Source of the DNA: an uncultured Bacteroidota bacterium | GTDB lineage: Bacteria; Bacteroidota; Bacteroidia; Bacteroidales; UBA12481 | Length of the DNA stretch: 64,000 nucleotides | Assembly: GCA_903851365.1 (NCBI GenBank) | Contig: CAINOB010000123.1 | Location: 12,573-76,572 of the forward strand | Direction: 5' to 3' | Part shown: piece after piece, positions 39,342 through 48,739 of the stretch | Layout: the number at the start of each line of letters is the position of its first letter | How positions within the stretch are numbered: position 1 is the stretch's first letter | Translations under genes and position numbers: made by a program | The notes under the pieces: generated by a model | Database searches by the model: none | What the model was told of the DNA's origin: nothing | What the model saw: the letters and a program-made list of their open reading frames with translations, nothing else

Positions 39342-39523
39342 TTTCTTCCATTGATTACATCGTTGAAAAACTTAATGAATCCCGAATCCTCTTCTTCTAT
39401 AGGATCAATCTTTAGAATATTGATTCGCTCGATGATCTTCCGGCCAGCCTCCCTTTCGCTTGGGGCATCCACATCGGTCTTCATCTTCTTGCCGAAGAAT
39501 TCAAAATAGACGGTAAATTTCAT
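39338..39523 (-). CDS. Hypothetical protein
   Basis: ATGA overlaps on both sides. Confidence 0.6.
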   Translation of the reverse strand: MKFTVYFEFFGKKMKTDVDAPSEREAGRKIIERINILKIDPIEEEDSGFIKFFNDVINGRK

Positions 39524-40587
39524 TTTAATGAGAAGTTGGTTCTGTCAAATTCCCCGTGCTTAGGATGAATGAACCAGGCAGATTGGCTGGGTCCGGCATG
39601 CCGACCGTCTTTATGGTCATAGGCATCGGTCCCCTGTACACTTCCGCTGCAGCTGTATAATGGATGATCCATGGGTTGGTGCCAATGCCCGAATATCATT
39701 TTGTGAAATCCGATCTCGTTTCTCTTTGCAAAATACTCATCCATCATCAGACCCATTCTTGCGGTTGCTTCCTTGGCAATCTTCCTTTCAATACTATACC
39801 AGGGGATCCCCATCCAGCCTCTTATATTATGGCCGTGGAGAATCAGGTATCTCCGGTTGAGAATGCCGATCACAATTTCGTAAGCAGGATAAATATTAAA
39901 CTCGATGTTTGACTGTTCCTTAGTATATATCCGGGCAATTTCCCCGACCAGGTAGTTCATGGAGTTTAATCCGGCTTCTTTAGCTTGAGGCTTCTTGGTT
40001 AATCTCGAATGATTATCCTCACATAAAAAATGAACCACCACCTTTGAGAAGTGGGGGGCAACAAACATGATTTGTCTGGCGAGCAATTCCCCGGCACGTA
40101 CCACCTGAACCGGTGAGGGGAATGCATTGGTAATCTTTAGTTCATCGTGGATATCCCCGCTGATCAGGTCTCCCGTGACCAGGATGTGTAATTCATCAAT
40201 CCGATAGGCCAATCGATGTAATTGTACCCATTTGACAACGCTCTCAGTATAATTCATGCAGCGAGCGTCACATATTTCAGGATTGTATTCATTAAAGCCT
40301 TCGATTTCATCCGGATTCTGAACACTACCCATGTGAGTGTCTGATATATGCATAACCGCGGCGCAGATACTTTTCCCAGGCATAGTCTTCCGGGGTCGGT
40401 GATAGTAGATAGGAACTTGGGGGATTGCGGATATCGCCTCCTCCACCTGGGCAAAGAACAGTTCTAATTTTCCATGTTCCTGCCGGTAGATATCCAATAC
40501 TCCTTCGAGTTTCTTAATCTGCTTGCGGAGTTCCGTGGAGACTTCTCCATGCTTCTCCTTTAGTTCATTTTCGCTGATTCCGGTCAT
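39520..40587 (-). CDS. Calcineurin-like metallophosphoesterase
   Basis: SDTHMG, GDLISG.IH, DNH.R, HGH, GHWH. Confidence 0.85.
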   Translation of the reverse strand: MTGISENELKEKHGEVSTELRKQIKKLEGVLDIYRQEHGKLELFFAQVEEAISAIPQVPIYYHRPRKTMPGKSICAAVMHISDTHMGSVQNPDEIEGFNEYNPEICDARCMNYTESVVKWVQLHRLAYRIDELHILVTGDLISGDIHDELKITNAFPSPVQVVRAGELLARQIMFVAPHFSKVVVHFLCEDNHSRLTKKPQAKEAGLNSMNYLVGEIARIYTKEQSNIEFNIYPAYEIVIGILNRRYLILHGHNIRGWMGIPWYSIERKIAKEATARMGLMMDEYFAKRNEIGFHKMIFGHWHQPMDHPLYSCSGSVQGTDAYDHKDGRHAGPSQSAWFIHPKHGEFDRTNFSLK

Positions 40588-41000
40588 CGGAGTACCCCTT
40601 CATTTTTAAGTCTTAAAATATCCTCTTTGTGTCCCCAATAGATGGTTCCACCGGCCTGTCCATGGTGATCATCGAACCGGTGGTCCTCCATAGCTTGCCG
40701 ATACCCGGTCCCCATTTTGAAATTACAGAACACGACAAAATCCCTTTCCGCGAGAAAATTGTTTTTGGTAAGTTTCCCTACCATGGTCTGGCAGATAAAG
40801 AAATTATCATGCTTACTGCGGAGTTCAGCTTCCGATATCCCCTTCACTCCGGGAACAACCGGGATGGGGGTTTCTTTAACTGTCTCTTTTGGCAAACTTT
40901 CACTAAAGAATTTATTGCAATCGTAACACCGGTAATTCTGGATTCCGGCATGGGTGCCGTTCTTACTAATACGGGAAGATCCACATTTTGGGCAAATCAT
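40584..41000 (-). CDS. Zn-ribbon protein coupled to the phosphoesterase
   Basis: CPKCGS...KNG....QNYRCYDC. Confidence 0.7.
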   Translation of the reverse strand: MICPKCGSSRISKNGTHAGIQNYRCYDCNKFFSESLPKETVKETPIPVVPGVKGISEAELRSKHDNFFICQTMVGKLTKNNFLAERDFVVFCNFKMGTGYRQAMEDHRFDDHHGQAGGTIYWGHKEDILRLKNEGVLR

Positions 41001-41211
41001 AATTTAAAGATTTAAGTTTTCATCATTGTGCGAGAGATCGCTTTCATGATGTTAAAGTACCCTGGGTCTTATCTTTATGAGGGACAATTAAATTGTAAAT
41101 ACATACAATTACTTCTAATCCATGCTAATACAATAATATTACCATGGGCTTTCCTGAATTCCTGCCGGGTTAGATCATTTATCCAACCATTCGGGGTTAA
41201 CCAATCGTATT

Positions 41212-41427
41212 TCATGAGGTAAAATGTTTACACAGTAATCCTATGAATTCGGTTTCTGTACGATGATTAATAGTGTTCTTCCATCCCCGCGGATGCTCGA
41301 GAAAAATCTCGATATAAAACTGACAGCTATTCCGGGTTAAGCAATGCTGGCAGCCATGTTGTTCCCCTGGTTGTTTCAAGGGAATCTTGATTGTATAATC
41401 AATCTCGGGTTTGTGGGTATCGCTCAT
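41212..41427 (-). CDS. Small Cys-rich hypothetical protein
   Basis: CQHC....SC...CKHF. Confidence 0.45.
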   Translation of the reverse strand: MSDTHKPEIDYTIKIPLKQPGEQHGCQHCLTRNSCQFYIEIFLEHPRGWKNTINHRTETEFIGLLCKHFTS

Positions 41428-41624
41428 CTTCTCCATCCGATCGCTTTAGAAATTTCGGATGCTTCACCTTCCGGCAAGGCATTTCGTTTCTGTGCTATAA
41501 CTTTTGCATAATATTCGCCGGCTTCTCCCTGAAAAATTGGATCACCGGTACTAGCGAACCTCCATAGCGTCAGCAAGGCATAATAATCCATGCTGTCGAT
41601 TCTTTGTTTTTGTTCTGGGGTCAT
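41424..41624 (-). CDS. Hypothetical phage protein
   Basis: MTPEQKQRIDSMDY..LL..WRFA..G.P.FQGE.G.Y...SK.IGW, a pattern recognised from phage early genes. Confidence 0.6.
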   Translation of the reverse strand: MTPEQKQRIDSMDYYALLTLWRFASTGDPIFQGEAGEYYAKVIAQKRNALPEGEASEISKAIGWRR

Positions 41625-41635
41625 TTCTTGATTTT

Positions 41636-41767
41636 TTATAGGCCAAACAACCATCCCAGAATCAGAACCAAAACTATGATGACTAGAATTCGGGATATCG
41701 GAACCATTTGCTGGTCGCGTTTGGCGGTTTTCTCTTCGTAATACAGGTCGATTTCTTCTTGTTTCAT
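41636..41767 (-). CDS. Small single-TM protein (43 aa, not in the ORF track)
   Basis: Hand translation: MKQEEIDLYYEEKTAKRDQQMVPISRILVIIVLVLILGWLFGL. Confidence 0.45.
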   Translation of the reverse strand: MKQEEIDLYYEEKTAKRDQQMVPISRILVIIVLVLILGWLFGL

Positions 41768-41792
41768 GGTGAATTGATTTAGGGGATTCATT

Positions 41793-43541
41793 TTATGCAG
41801 CGATTTTCTTATTCATTAATCCTTTAGCAGTGGCTTCCACTAATGCGGTAGCCATATGTACTTCAACGGCGTTTCCAATGAATTTTTTCTGGTCAGCCTG
41901 GGTACCGATAAGTATGTAGCTTTCCGGGAAACCCATAATCTTTTTTAACTCCGGGATACGGAGCATCCTCATTTTGATATCGATGATTCCATAAATAGCC
42001 ATGAATTCCTTGATCTTGACCAGGATTTCGCTGTCTCCTTCTATAATCTCATAGACTATTCCTTCTTCGTAAGGAATAATGAATGATGGTATATTACTTT
42101 CATCTGTGGCAACATCGATAAGGTATGGTGGCATTTTGTCCATTCGGGCAATGAGCGTAAAACATGGGCGATCGATAGATCCACCTGACGAAGTAAATTG
42201 AGGATTCATGAGATAGTGCCATTTCCTGTTGGCGGTAATCACCGGGGCCGGATTCTCAATCGAACTGCCAACATTATTAAAGTTGGTGTCCATCACCCAA
42301 GGTTTGACCGTCATTAGGTTCTGCTTGGGGACCGTGGAAATGGCAGGACACGGCTTTTCTACATCCGAGGATTGCCCACCTCCAGTATATTGGTTCATGA
42401 TGTACCTGTCAACCACAACTGGTGCAAATTTGGGATTTGCTGTCAGTGTCCCGATTGGTTTATCAATGCTGGCCGGGGTGGATTGTCCGTACTGTTGATC
42501 AATGAACCGGGTTTGAATCAATGATATCCGGTCTTTGGTTGTCACCGTTGGACTCGGCTTCTCAATTGATGAAACATTGTCACCGTTTCCGTAGTATGAA
42601 GCCAGAAATTCTGTATTAATCAGCTGGTGATGGTCCTTGCATGTGATGGTTCCTGCAGGACGATCAACTGATACTGACTTACTTTTCGGGTCCCCGGAAA
42701 ACGCTTTCGATAAAAATGCCTTCTGGCCCCCGGCCACAAACTTGATCAACCCTGCATAGATTCTTTGCAGTGTAGCCTCCACCAGCGGTTTCTTGCGATC
42801 AAAAATACTCCAGCCTTCATCGGAAAAATCAAGAACCTCTTTTACAGCTTTCCATTTTTTCAGGGGTTTCCCGAAAAGACTATTTTCTGGCTTTTCGGCG
42901 TGTGTTGGTTCCGGCCAATAGATTTCTTCTCCCAGTCCTGCAAACTGCCCGAAATACCGCTTGCGTGATGTGAACGCGCCGTAATTGGCAGCATTTAGAA
43001 TTCTGTGTTCAAACTTATACCCATAAGACTTCACAGAGTTAATCCATCGGAGATAATCAATACCGGCGTCTTTGCTTATTGGTTTTCCTTTTTCATCCAG
43101 GGGTCCCCAACTCATGAATTCTTCGACGTTCTCAATCTGGATTATTTCTGGCTGTATCGCGGTGATATATGGGAAAAGATGATCCGCTAAGGTTCGGCTG
43201 TCTGCATCTCTGGCTTGTCCACCCTTGGCTTTGCTGAAATTTGTGCATTCTAAACTGGCAAACAGTACAACCTTGGCATCCGGGTAAATAAATTGCAGGT
43301 AATTGACATGCCTGACAAGCCGTGTCATGCGCGAAGTGTTGTATAGAAGGGTAATGTCCTCAGTAAAATGTAGGGTCTGCTTATGGTTTGATTTGTGCGA
43401 TCGGATGGCGTTTTCATCGTGATTGATACAGGCAGCAACAATGGCGCACTGTTCACCACCAATCCGCGCATTGTGAACACCGGTTGTTGTACCTCCTCCA
43501 CCGCAGAACAGATCGACATAGATCAAGGTTACATTCTTCAT
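41793..43541 (-). CDS. C5-cytosine DNA methyltransferase with repeated TRD-like segments
   Basis: DLFCGGGG, SLECTNFS, ENVEEF, TSRKRYF, GNAV; repeated S.D.P..T(I/V)T units. Confidence 0.93.
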   Translation of the reverse strand: MKNVTLIYVDLFCGGGGTTTGVHNARIGGEQCAIVAACINHDENAIRSHKSNHKQTLHFTEDITLLYNTSRMTRLVRHVNYLQFIYPDAKVVLFASLECTNFSKAKGGQARDADSRTLADHLFPYITAIQPEIIQIENVEEFMSWGPLDEKGKPISKDAGIDYLRWINSVKSYGYKFEHRILNAANYGAFTSRKRYFGQFAGLGEEIYWPEPTHAEKPENSLFGKPLKKWKAVKEVLDFSDEGWSIFDRKKPLVEATLQRIYAGLIKFVAGGQKAFLSKAFSGDPKSKSVSVDRPAGTITCKDHHQLINTEFLASYYGNGDNVSSIEKPSPTVTTKDRISLIQTRFIDQQYGQSTPASIDKPIGTLTANPKFAPVVVDRYIMNQYTGGGQSSDVEKPCPAISTVPKQNLMTVKPWVMDTNFNNVGSSIENPAPVITANRKWHYLMNPQFTSSGGSIDRPCFTLIARMDKMPPYLIDVATDESNIPSFIIPYEEGIVYEIIEGDSEILVKIKEFMAIYGIIDIKMRMLRIPELKKIMGFPESYILIGTQADQKKFIGNAVEVHMATALVEATAKGLMNKKIAA

Positions 43542-43864
43542 CGGGCCCCTCCGATATTTCTTTTGTCATAGATGTTGTGGCAATGCCGGCAAAGGATTTT
43601 GATGTTTTGGGGGGCCCAGGACAATTCAGTTCTACCCGATTTCTGTGCTTCGTCCACACTGACCGTATGGGCACAATCCAGTGGGGTCCCACCGTTAATT
43701 CCGCACTCCTGGCATTTATGATATCCCAAGGTCTCCAATTGATCAGCTAATACCTGTCTCTTAGCCTTTGTAACCATACGGTTGACATAGGTTTTGCTTA
43801 CAGTTCGTCCGTCACTACAGTGGTAGTGGTTTCCTTTGCTAACAGGTTTAATTTTGGGTTTCAT
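43538..43864 (-). CDS. HNH/NinG-like endonuclease
   Basis: CQECG...LDCAH...N..ILCRHCH. Confidence 0.75.
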   Translation of the reverse strand: MKPKIKPVSKGNHYHCSDGRTVSKTYVNRMVTKAKRQVLADQLETLGYHKCQECGINGGTPLDCAHTVSVDEAQKSGRTELSWAPQNIKILCRHCHNIYDKRNIGGAR

Positions 43865-44370
43865 ACGAATTTTATTCGGTAGTATTCACTTAAAAAATTA
43901 GCCTCGACCAGTTTCGGGTCCATGCATACAACCGGTTCGTTACCGGGGATCCCGATCATTAATTCATCCCATTCCCATTGCAACATTTCAGCATCCGCCA
44001 TGTGCACTTCGCTGGAAAGTGGGTAATCAAAACCGAACTTTCCTGCAATAATCCGCATGAGTTTATCTTCAATAGCCTTGTAATTTGTCAGTTTGGGCTT
44101 GATGGGCCGGGGAATGTCGCGCAAATAGGCTTCGCTGGCATCGTGTAGAAGGGCCTGCAGTTTCAATTCTTTAGGTGCTATCCTGCTGACCATCACGCTG
44201 TGTTCAGCCACTGAATAGAAGTTGGGTAAATGCCCGGAAAACCTACACTCCATTGATAATGCATGAGCGATATCCCTGATATTTATCATTTCCGGAGTTG
44301 GCTCAAAAACATTCATGTATAGGCCGGTGAAGGTTCGGATGCAATCCTTGGTGAAAAGATTTTCGGTCAT
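43861..44370 (-). CDS. HD-domain 5'-deoxynucleotidase (YfbR-like)
   Basis: Likely start MTENLF; DIAHALS..CRF.GH, YSVAEHS, LLHDASEAY..DIP.P.K. Confidence 0.88.
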   Translation of the reverse strand: MTENLFTKDCIRTFTGLYMNVFEPTPEMINIRDIAHALSMECRFSGHLPNFYSVAEHSVMVSRIAPKELKLQALLHDASEAYLRDIPRPIKPKLTNYKAIEDKLMRIIAGKFGFDYPLSSEVHMADAEMLQWEWDELMIGIPGNEPVVCMDPKLVEANFLSEYYRIKFV

Positions 44371-44942
44371 GGTCGGGCCTCCAGTTGGAATTCGTAAATC
44401 CAAATCCAGGGGTTTAAATCCCATGATCCTTTGCCATTGATGGATTCCCATAGGCTTTCATAAGACCAAACAGCATCGATATCGGAAAATGCCGCATCTG
44501 GCTGGGTGTATAGTTTATATCCGGTAGTGCCGTAATCGCAGACTTTTTCAATGCCCTCAGCAATGGCATCCTCCTCAGTTATATCCTGTAACCGCTCACA
44601 TCTTACCTTGGTAATTCGGATAAAGAATCTAGCCTTGTCGGCTGGCATGAACATTTTGTTTTTCCAACGCAGGTTTCTATCCATTATGTCATTGGAACCA
44701 TTGTATCTGTAAAAAGTAAGGGTTCCGGCAATTCCTCCATCAATTGCGCTATACGGCTCTTTCAAGTAAACCACTTCTCCCGGAAAGTACCTAGGCTTCA
44801 TTTTCAAACCATGCCAATCTTCCGTTTGTCCATTTCTCAAACCACGGCCATCCGGTTGTGACGTAATAATTCTCCTGGTCTGCGTTTTCCGGCCTTCGAT
44901 AACAGCCAGAAACATTTCTTCTTTGAATAGGATTCCCTTCAT
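44367..44942 (-). CDS. ASCH/PUA-like phage protein
   Basis: F..EM..A..EGRKTQTRR, FMP...AR, ERLQDIT..DAIAEG, W..NPW.W. Confidence 0.8.
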   Translation of the reverse strand: MKGILFKEEMFLAVIEGRKTQTRRIITSQPDGRGLRNGQTEDWHGLKMKPRYFPGEVVYLKEPYSAIDGGIAGTLTFYRYNGSNDIMDRNLRWKNKMFMPADKARFFIRITKVRCERLQDITEEDAIAEGIEKVCDYGTTGYKLYTQPDAAFSDIDAVWSYESLWESINGKGSWDLNPWIWIYEFQLEARP

Positions 44943-45121
44943 GGCTGAATCTCCTTCTCCAAGTAATCAATCATTAATTTATGACTGGCTGCTTTTTTAA
45001 TGGTCAAATCAAAAATATCTTTCCACTTATGTTTTTCAGATAAGTAGGCAATTTGTACCAATGCTTCATACTGATCTTTATGATCTTGCAATAGTTCTGC
45101 TTGTAGGTCTTTCAGGCTCAT
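44939..45121 (-). CDS. Hypothetical protein
   Basis: Coupled ORF. Confidence 0.5.
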   Translation of the reverse strand: MSLKDLQAELLQDHKDQYEALVQIAYLSEKHKWKDIFDLTIKKAASHKLMIDYLEKEIQP

Positions 45122-45360
45122 GATCTTCTCCGTTTCTTTTTAGTTCGATTTAATACCATTCTTTTGGGGGACTTGAAGGTGTATTTCCCTCCGTCAATCT
45201 CTCTTTCAATCTCTTGCCAGCATATCCATGCCCCAAATTTGCTTTTGGGTGGGATATAGTCATCTAATGCTTTTTTTAGTTCGTAAAAGGCATCAGATAG
45301 TCCTTTATCTCCGGATTGAATTATTGCGGTTTCGAGGTTGGTTGCCACTTCTTTCCTCAT
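45118..45360 (-). CDS. Hypothetical protein
   Basis: Coupled ORF; likely start MRKEV. Confidence 0.5.
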   Translation of the reverse strand: MRKEVATNLETAIIQSGDKGLSDAFYELKKALDDYIPPKSKFGAWICWQEIEREIDGGKYTFKSPKRMVLNRTKKKRRRS

Positions 45361-45461
45361 GATTACAGGATTATGATTAGAATAATTGCCCACATGACAG
45401 CTCCCACAAATAATCCCAACAGAATTCCTTTGGGGGCATCCAGACTTTTTGATTCCATGAT

Positions 45462-46061
45462 TTACTTTTTAAAAAATTCCGCGAATGTCGAATTACCCCA
45501 TTCACCTTTAGTTAAGGTGATCACTTCACTAATGGTGTACTGCTTTTTCCTCTGGGTGAGTCTTTCGGTAACAAAGTTTTTCGTTCCGAATGAGCAGGCG
45601 CCGGTGATTACCCGATAGCATTCAATCGTCTTTTCGTAGGTTATGGCGCTCTCTCTGGTAAGATTTTCATAATCTGACTTATTACGGTCAGATATTTTGA
45701 AAATCAAATCCTGTTTGGCTTCCTTTATGGTATCACCGTGGGCATATTTTTTGTCGTTGGTGACAATGAAAAATTCTTTGGGGTCCCCGATTTTCTTAAC
45801 CCGGTAAACGTTTTTCTTCTTGGATAATACCTGGGCGAAAATGCCATCAACTTTGATGAATTTCTCGCCAAGCCACGTGAAAAGATGGTTGTCGGGATCA
45901 ATCTTTGTGTATTTAGGATCTGTAATTCCGGTGCCACTCAGGTAGAGATAGCCACCGACAGTTAAGCCCTCGGGTAATGAGGTAATTCCGGTGCCACTCA
46001 GGTAGAGGGAGCCACCATAATACGGTTTCCCGTTTTTAGTTTCGAATTGAATTTTTTTCAT
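45462..46061 (-). CDS. Protein with two 20-aa LRR-like GGxLYLSGTGIT repeats
   Basis: Repeat unit plus C-terminal YAHGDT..EA..DL.FK / YRVITGAC..G domain. Confidence 0.75.
   Translation of the reverse strand: MKKIQFETKNGKPYYGGSLYLSGTGITSLPEGLTVGGYLYLSGTGITDPKYTKIDPDNHLFTWLGEKFIKVDGIFAQVLSKKKNVYRVKKIGDPKEFFIVTNDKKYAHGDTIKEAKQDLIFKISDRNKSDYENLTRESAITYEKTIECYRVITGACSFGTKNFVTERLTQRKKQYTISEVITLTKGEWGNSTFAEFFKK
45922..46016. repeat. 60-bp-period direct repeat (35 bp, two mismatches)
   Basis: gtaattccggtgccactcaggtagagNNagccacc at 45922 and 45982. Confidence 0.85.
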
Positions 46062-46270
46062 TATTCTATTTTTAAGAGTTGGATTAACTTTTCATTGGCT
46101 CCCAGAAGGGTGTTGGCTTTTTCCTGGTTGTCTTTTATTTCGGATTTCCGTTTTTGAATGAGATTATTCACTACTTGGGATAGAAGTGCATTTTGTTCCA
46201 TTGGGGCCAGTTTTTCCAGACTGTTGGTGATATCGCTTAGATATCCGTCCATTCGATGTTTTTCCATCAA
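46061..46270 (-). CDS. Hypothetical coiled-coil protein
   Basis: Coupled ORF. Confidence 0.5.
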   Translation of the reverse strand: MMEKHRMDGYLSDITNSLEKLAPMEQNALLSQVVNNLIQKRKSEIKDNQEKANTLLGANEKLIQLLKIE

Positions 46271-46668
46271 TAAGGTAGATCGTCTCCCCCATCAGGAGTG
46301 TTATTATTTTGGGGACCCTGATTTTCAGGATTAGAATCCTGTGGCCAGGTCAACATCTTGATCACCTCGGCAACGATCTCGGTTTTTTGGCGATCATTTC
46401 CGTCTTTGTCGGTGAACTTTGGGTGGGTGGTTTTTCCTTCGATATAGCACATCAGACCTTTGCGGGCGTACTTTTCCACAAATTCAGCCTGCTGTCTCCA
46501 CACCACAATATTGTGGAACTCAGTGTTTTTAATCTGTTCTCCCGCTTTGTTTTTAAAGGTTTCGTTGGTGGCAACACTGAAGTTTGCCACGGTTACCCCA
46601 CCATCCAGGTGTTTCACTGTTGGGTCTGCGGTGATGTGACCCAGGATAATTGCTTTGTTAACTGACAT
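46267..46668 (-). CDS. ssb: Single-stranded DNA-binding protein
   Basis: VNKAIILG, ANFSVATNE, TEFHNIVVW, acidic tail DDLPY. Confidence 0.95.
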   Translation of the reverse strand: MSVNKAIILGHITADPTVKHLDGGVTVANFSVATNETFKNKAGEQIKNTEFHNIVVWRQQAEFVEKYARKGLMCYIEGKTTHPKFTDKDGNDRQKTEIVAEVIKMLTWPQDSNPENQGPQNNNTPDGGDDLPY

Positions 46669-46679
46669 ATTCTTGATTT

Positions 46680-46871
46680 TTAAATTGATTGTTCATAGTA
46701 TAATTCATTCTTTTCTGCAACCCCGGTATACCATGTTGCCCGGATTGTCTTCAGGGATCCCGGAAACTGATTCAATAACCACTGATAGTTTATTTCCAAA
46801 GGATTTTTAATCCATTTTACACAGGGGTATGATTTATCCCCGGTATTGATCTGACAGAGGATTGATGTCAT
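46680..46871 (-). CDS. Hypothetical protein
   Basis: Coupled ORF. Confidence 0.45.
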   Translation of the reverse strand: MTSILCQINTGDKSYPCVKWIKNPLEINYQWLLNQFPGSLKTIRATWYTGVAEKNELYYEQSI

Positions 46872-47509
46872 CGGAAGGATCCTCCTTTGACTTCTATCTG
46901 GTGAAACATGGGCATAAACCGGTCGGCAATACGATTATGGGAATCGTTGTACCGGTTAAGTACCTGAATAGGACTTAAGTTTGTTGAGCAAAAGGTGATG
47001 AGACCTTTTTCGTAGCGATCAAATAAAATGGTTTGAATGATGTTGGCCCCCGAAGAATAATTTAATTCCATTCCCAGGTCGTTTATGGCAATGAATCTGA
47101 AATTATGCAGCTTATACCGGATGGAGTATGTGTCCATGTCTTCATCTTTGTAATAATTCTCCCGGATGAATGGCGTAGTAAATGTTGACACGTTTCTCCC
47201 GTAGAGGGAAAGGATACACCTGGATACGCATTTTATCAGCATGGTTTTCCCGGTTCCGACAGGACCGTACAGGAGTAACCCTTTTCTGGGCAGGACCCTT
47301 ATGTAATCCTTAATTGCATTGAGAACAGGGCGGTTTTCATCGGTAATAACCAATTCTCCTACCTGAGCAAACGGATCCTCCCGAATGATATCATTCAGAT
47401 GTTTTTGCATCGTTCTGACCACGGATCTTTCGTCCAAGCTTTTTACTGAGGTATTCTTTAACATCTCGTTCTCCTTCGGTATCACAACATAGTTCTGTGG
47501 GGTTTCCAT
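46868..47509 (-). CDS. DnaC/IstB-like AAA+ helicase loader
   Basis: GPVGTGKT, INDLG.E, STNL, RIADR, GGSFR. Confidence 0.88.
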   Translation of the reverse strand: METPQNYVVIPKENEMLKNTSVKSLDERSVVRTMQKHLNDIIREDPFAQVGELVITDENRPVLNAIKDYIRVLPRKGLLLYGPVGTGKTMLIKCVSRCILSLYGRNVSTFTTPFIRENYYKDEDMDTYSIRYKLHNFRFIAINDLGMELNYSSGANIIQTILFDRYEKGLITFCSTNLSPIQVLNRYNDSHNRIADRFMPMFHQIEVKGGSFR

Positions 47510-48314
47510 CTTTGGTGGATCTTGATTTGGTTAATATTTTGGTAAAATGGTTCCGAAGATTTTCGGTGGTCTGAATTTGTTGTTTCCAGAATGAATCTTT
47601 CTTCAGAAACCGGTATGACTCACGGATATCATCGATTGAGAATTTATCAGACTCAATCATCAGGCGAATTGGAGATAGCCATTTATCAACCCGGGCCTTT
47701 TCGATATGAGGGGCCCTTATGTTAAGGGATTCTAAATTTGATTTTATGAGCTTGTAAAATTCCAGTGTGAGTTTCAAATAAAGTTCTCCCTGATCCTGGG
47801 TATTTTCTTTGATCAGACCCCAGGATTTAAACTCCGAAAAATCATGAGGGGCAACAGATACTTTAGTATCTGTTATATATATACTTTGACTTTGACTGGC
47901 ATAGGCTAAGCCATTGGGTAAGTCAATGGGTAACCCATTGGGTAAGCCATAGGCTAAGCCATCGATTTTTTTATGATTTCCCCATTTTCCCTCAGCTCCT
48001 TTCCTTCCTCCAATACTCTGTTTATCAATCTTCTGTAATACTTCAATTCTGGTTAATTCCATCTTTTCGTTATGTAAATTCCCCTCTTGATCCTTGATAA
48101 ATTTTCGAAGGACAAAAGGAGGGATCGTTACACCCCCCCCCTGGGGGTTAAGGGGTAGCCTTATGGGTAACCTATCGGTATCCGAGGTCACACTTCCGTT
48201 CTCCCATTGATAGCATAACATCCTCATATAAATGCCAACTTCTTCATTGGTCATCTCTGCGGTATCCACCAAAAACCTCTTAACATCAATGGGCCATGTA
48301 TGCAGGTTGCTCAT
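47391..48314 (-). CDS. Replication initiator (YdaU/DUF1376-like, lambda O analogue)
   Basis: FL.DT..MT.EE.G.Y..ML..QW; C-terminal D.FW...I.....LR..F; internal iterons. Confidence 0.82.
   Translation of the reverse strand: MSNLHTWPIDVKRFLVDTAEMTNEEVGIYMRMLCYQWENGSVTSDTDRLPIRLPLNPQGGGVTIPPFVLRKFIKDQEGNLHNEKMELTRIEVLQKIDKQSIGGRKGAEGKWGNHKKIDGLAYGLPNGLPIDLPNGLAYASQSQSIYITDTKVSVAPHDFSEFKSWGLIKENTQDQGELYLKLTLEFYKLIKSNLESLNIRAPHIEKARVDKWLSPIRLMIESDKFSIDDIRESYRFLKKDSFWKQQIQTTENLRNHFTKILTKSRSTKDGNPTELCCDTEGERDVKEYLSKKLGRKIRGQNDAKTSE
47901..47960. repeat. Five tandem 12-bp iterons, putative phage origin
   Basis: ataggctaagcc/attgggtaagtc/aatgggtaaccc/attgggtaagcc/ataggctaagcc beside an AT-rich tract at about 47862-47895. 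Confidence 0.8.
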
Positions 48315-48319
48315 GATAA

Positions 48320-48739
48320 TTATCCTACTAATTGTGGATTTTTCAGGTTCGTTTTCATCTCCTTAAGGGTATTATGGATATCGGTCACAACCGGACCATA
48401 CCCATACCTTTTATCATTCATCCAGACCGAATTCACTGTCTTCTGCGCGTGGATAACCGTAGCATGATCTTTACCCCCAAGTTGTTTACCGATGTATGTT
48501 AATTTCAGATAAGGCACGAATTCCCGCGTAAAAGCCATAGCCACCTGTCGGGGAACCAGGATTTCCCTTTGGCTGGTTTTGGTGATCATCGCGGTTCGGC
48601 TAATCTTCATCTTTTCACAAACCACTTTAACTACCATATCCATATTGATGGTGAGCGTTTGATCTTCCCGGTCCAAGCCGGGGATGACATAATATTCAGG
48701 CATTTCCATATCTTGGGTTTTCATAATGCGTGACGGCAT
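48320..48739 (-). CDS. Stand-alone DnaA domain IV (HTH) protein
   Basis: PRQVAM...L..IG..LGGKDHATVIHA. Confidence 0.85.
   Translation of the reverse strand: MPSRIMKTQDMEMPEYYVIPGLDREDQTLTINMDMVVKVVCEKMKISRTAMITKTSQREILVPRQVAMAFTREFVPYLKLTYIGKQLGGKDHATVIHAQKTVNSVWMNDKRYGYGPVVTDIHNTLKEMKTNLKNPQLVG

Noticed and set aside
40584-41000. IS1 InsA-like element
   Set aside because: Only the Zn ribbon resembles InsA; no transposase or terminal inverted repeats, and the gene is coupled to the phosphoesterase.
48133-48141. C9 tract in the replication initiator as a phase-variation site
   Set aside because: The gene is in frame (QGGGV) and probably essential; nothing indicates switching.
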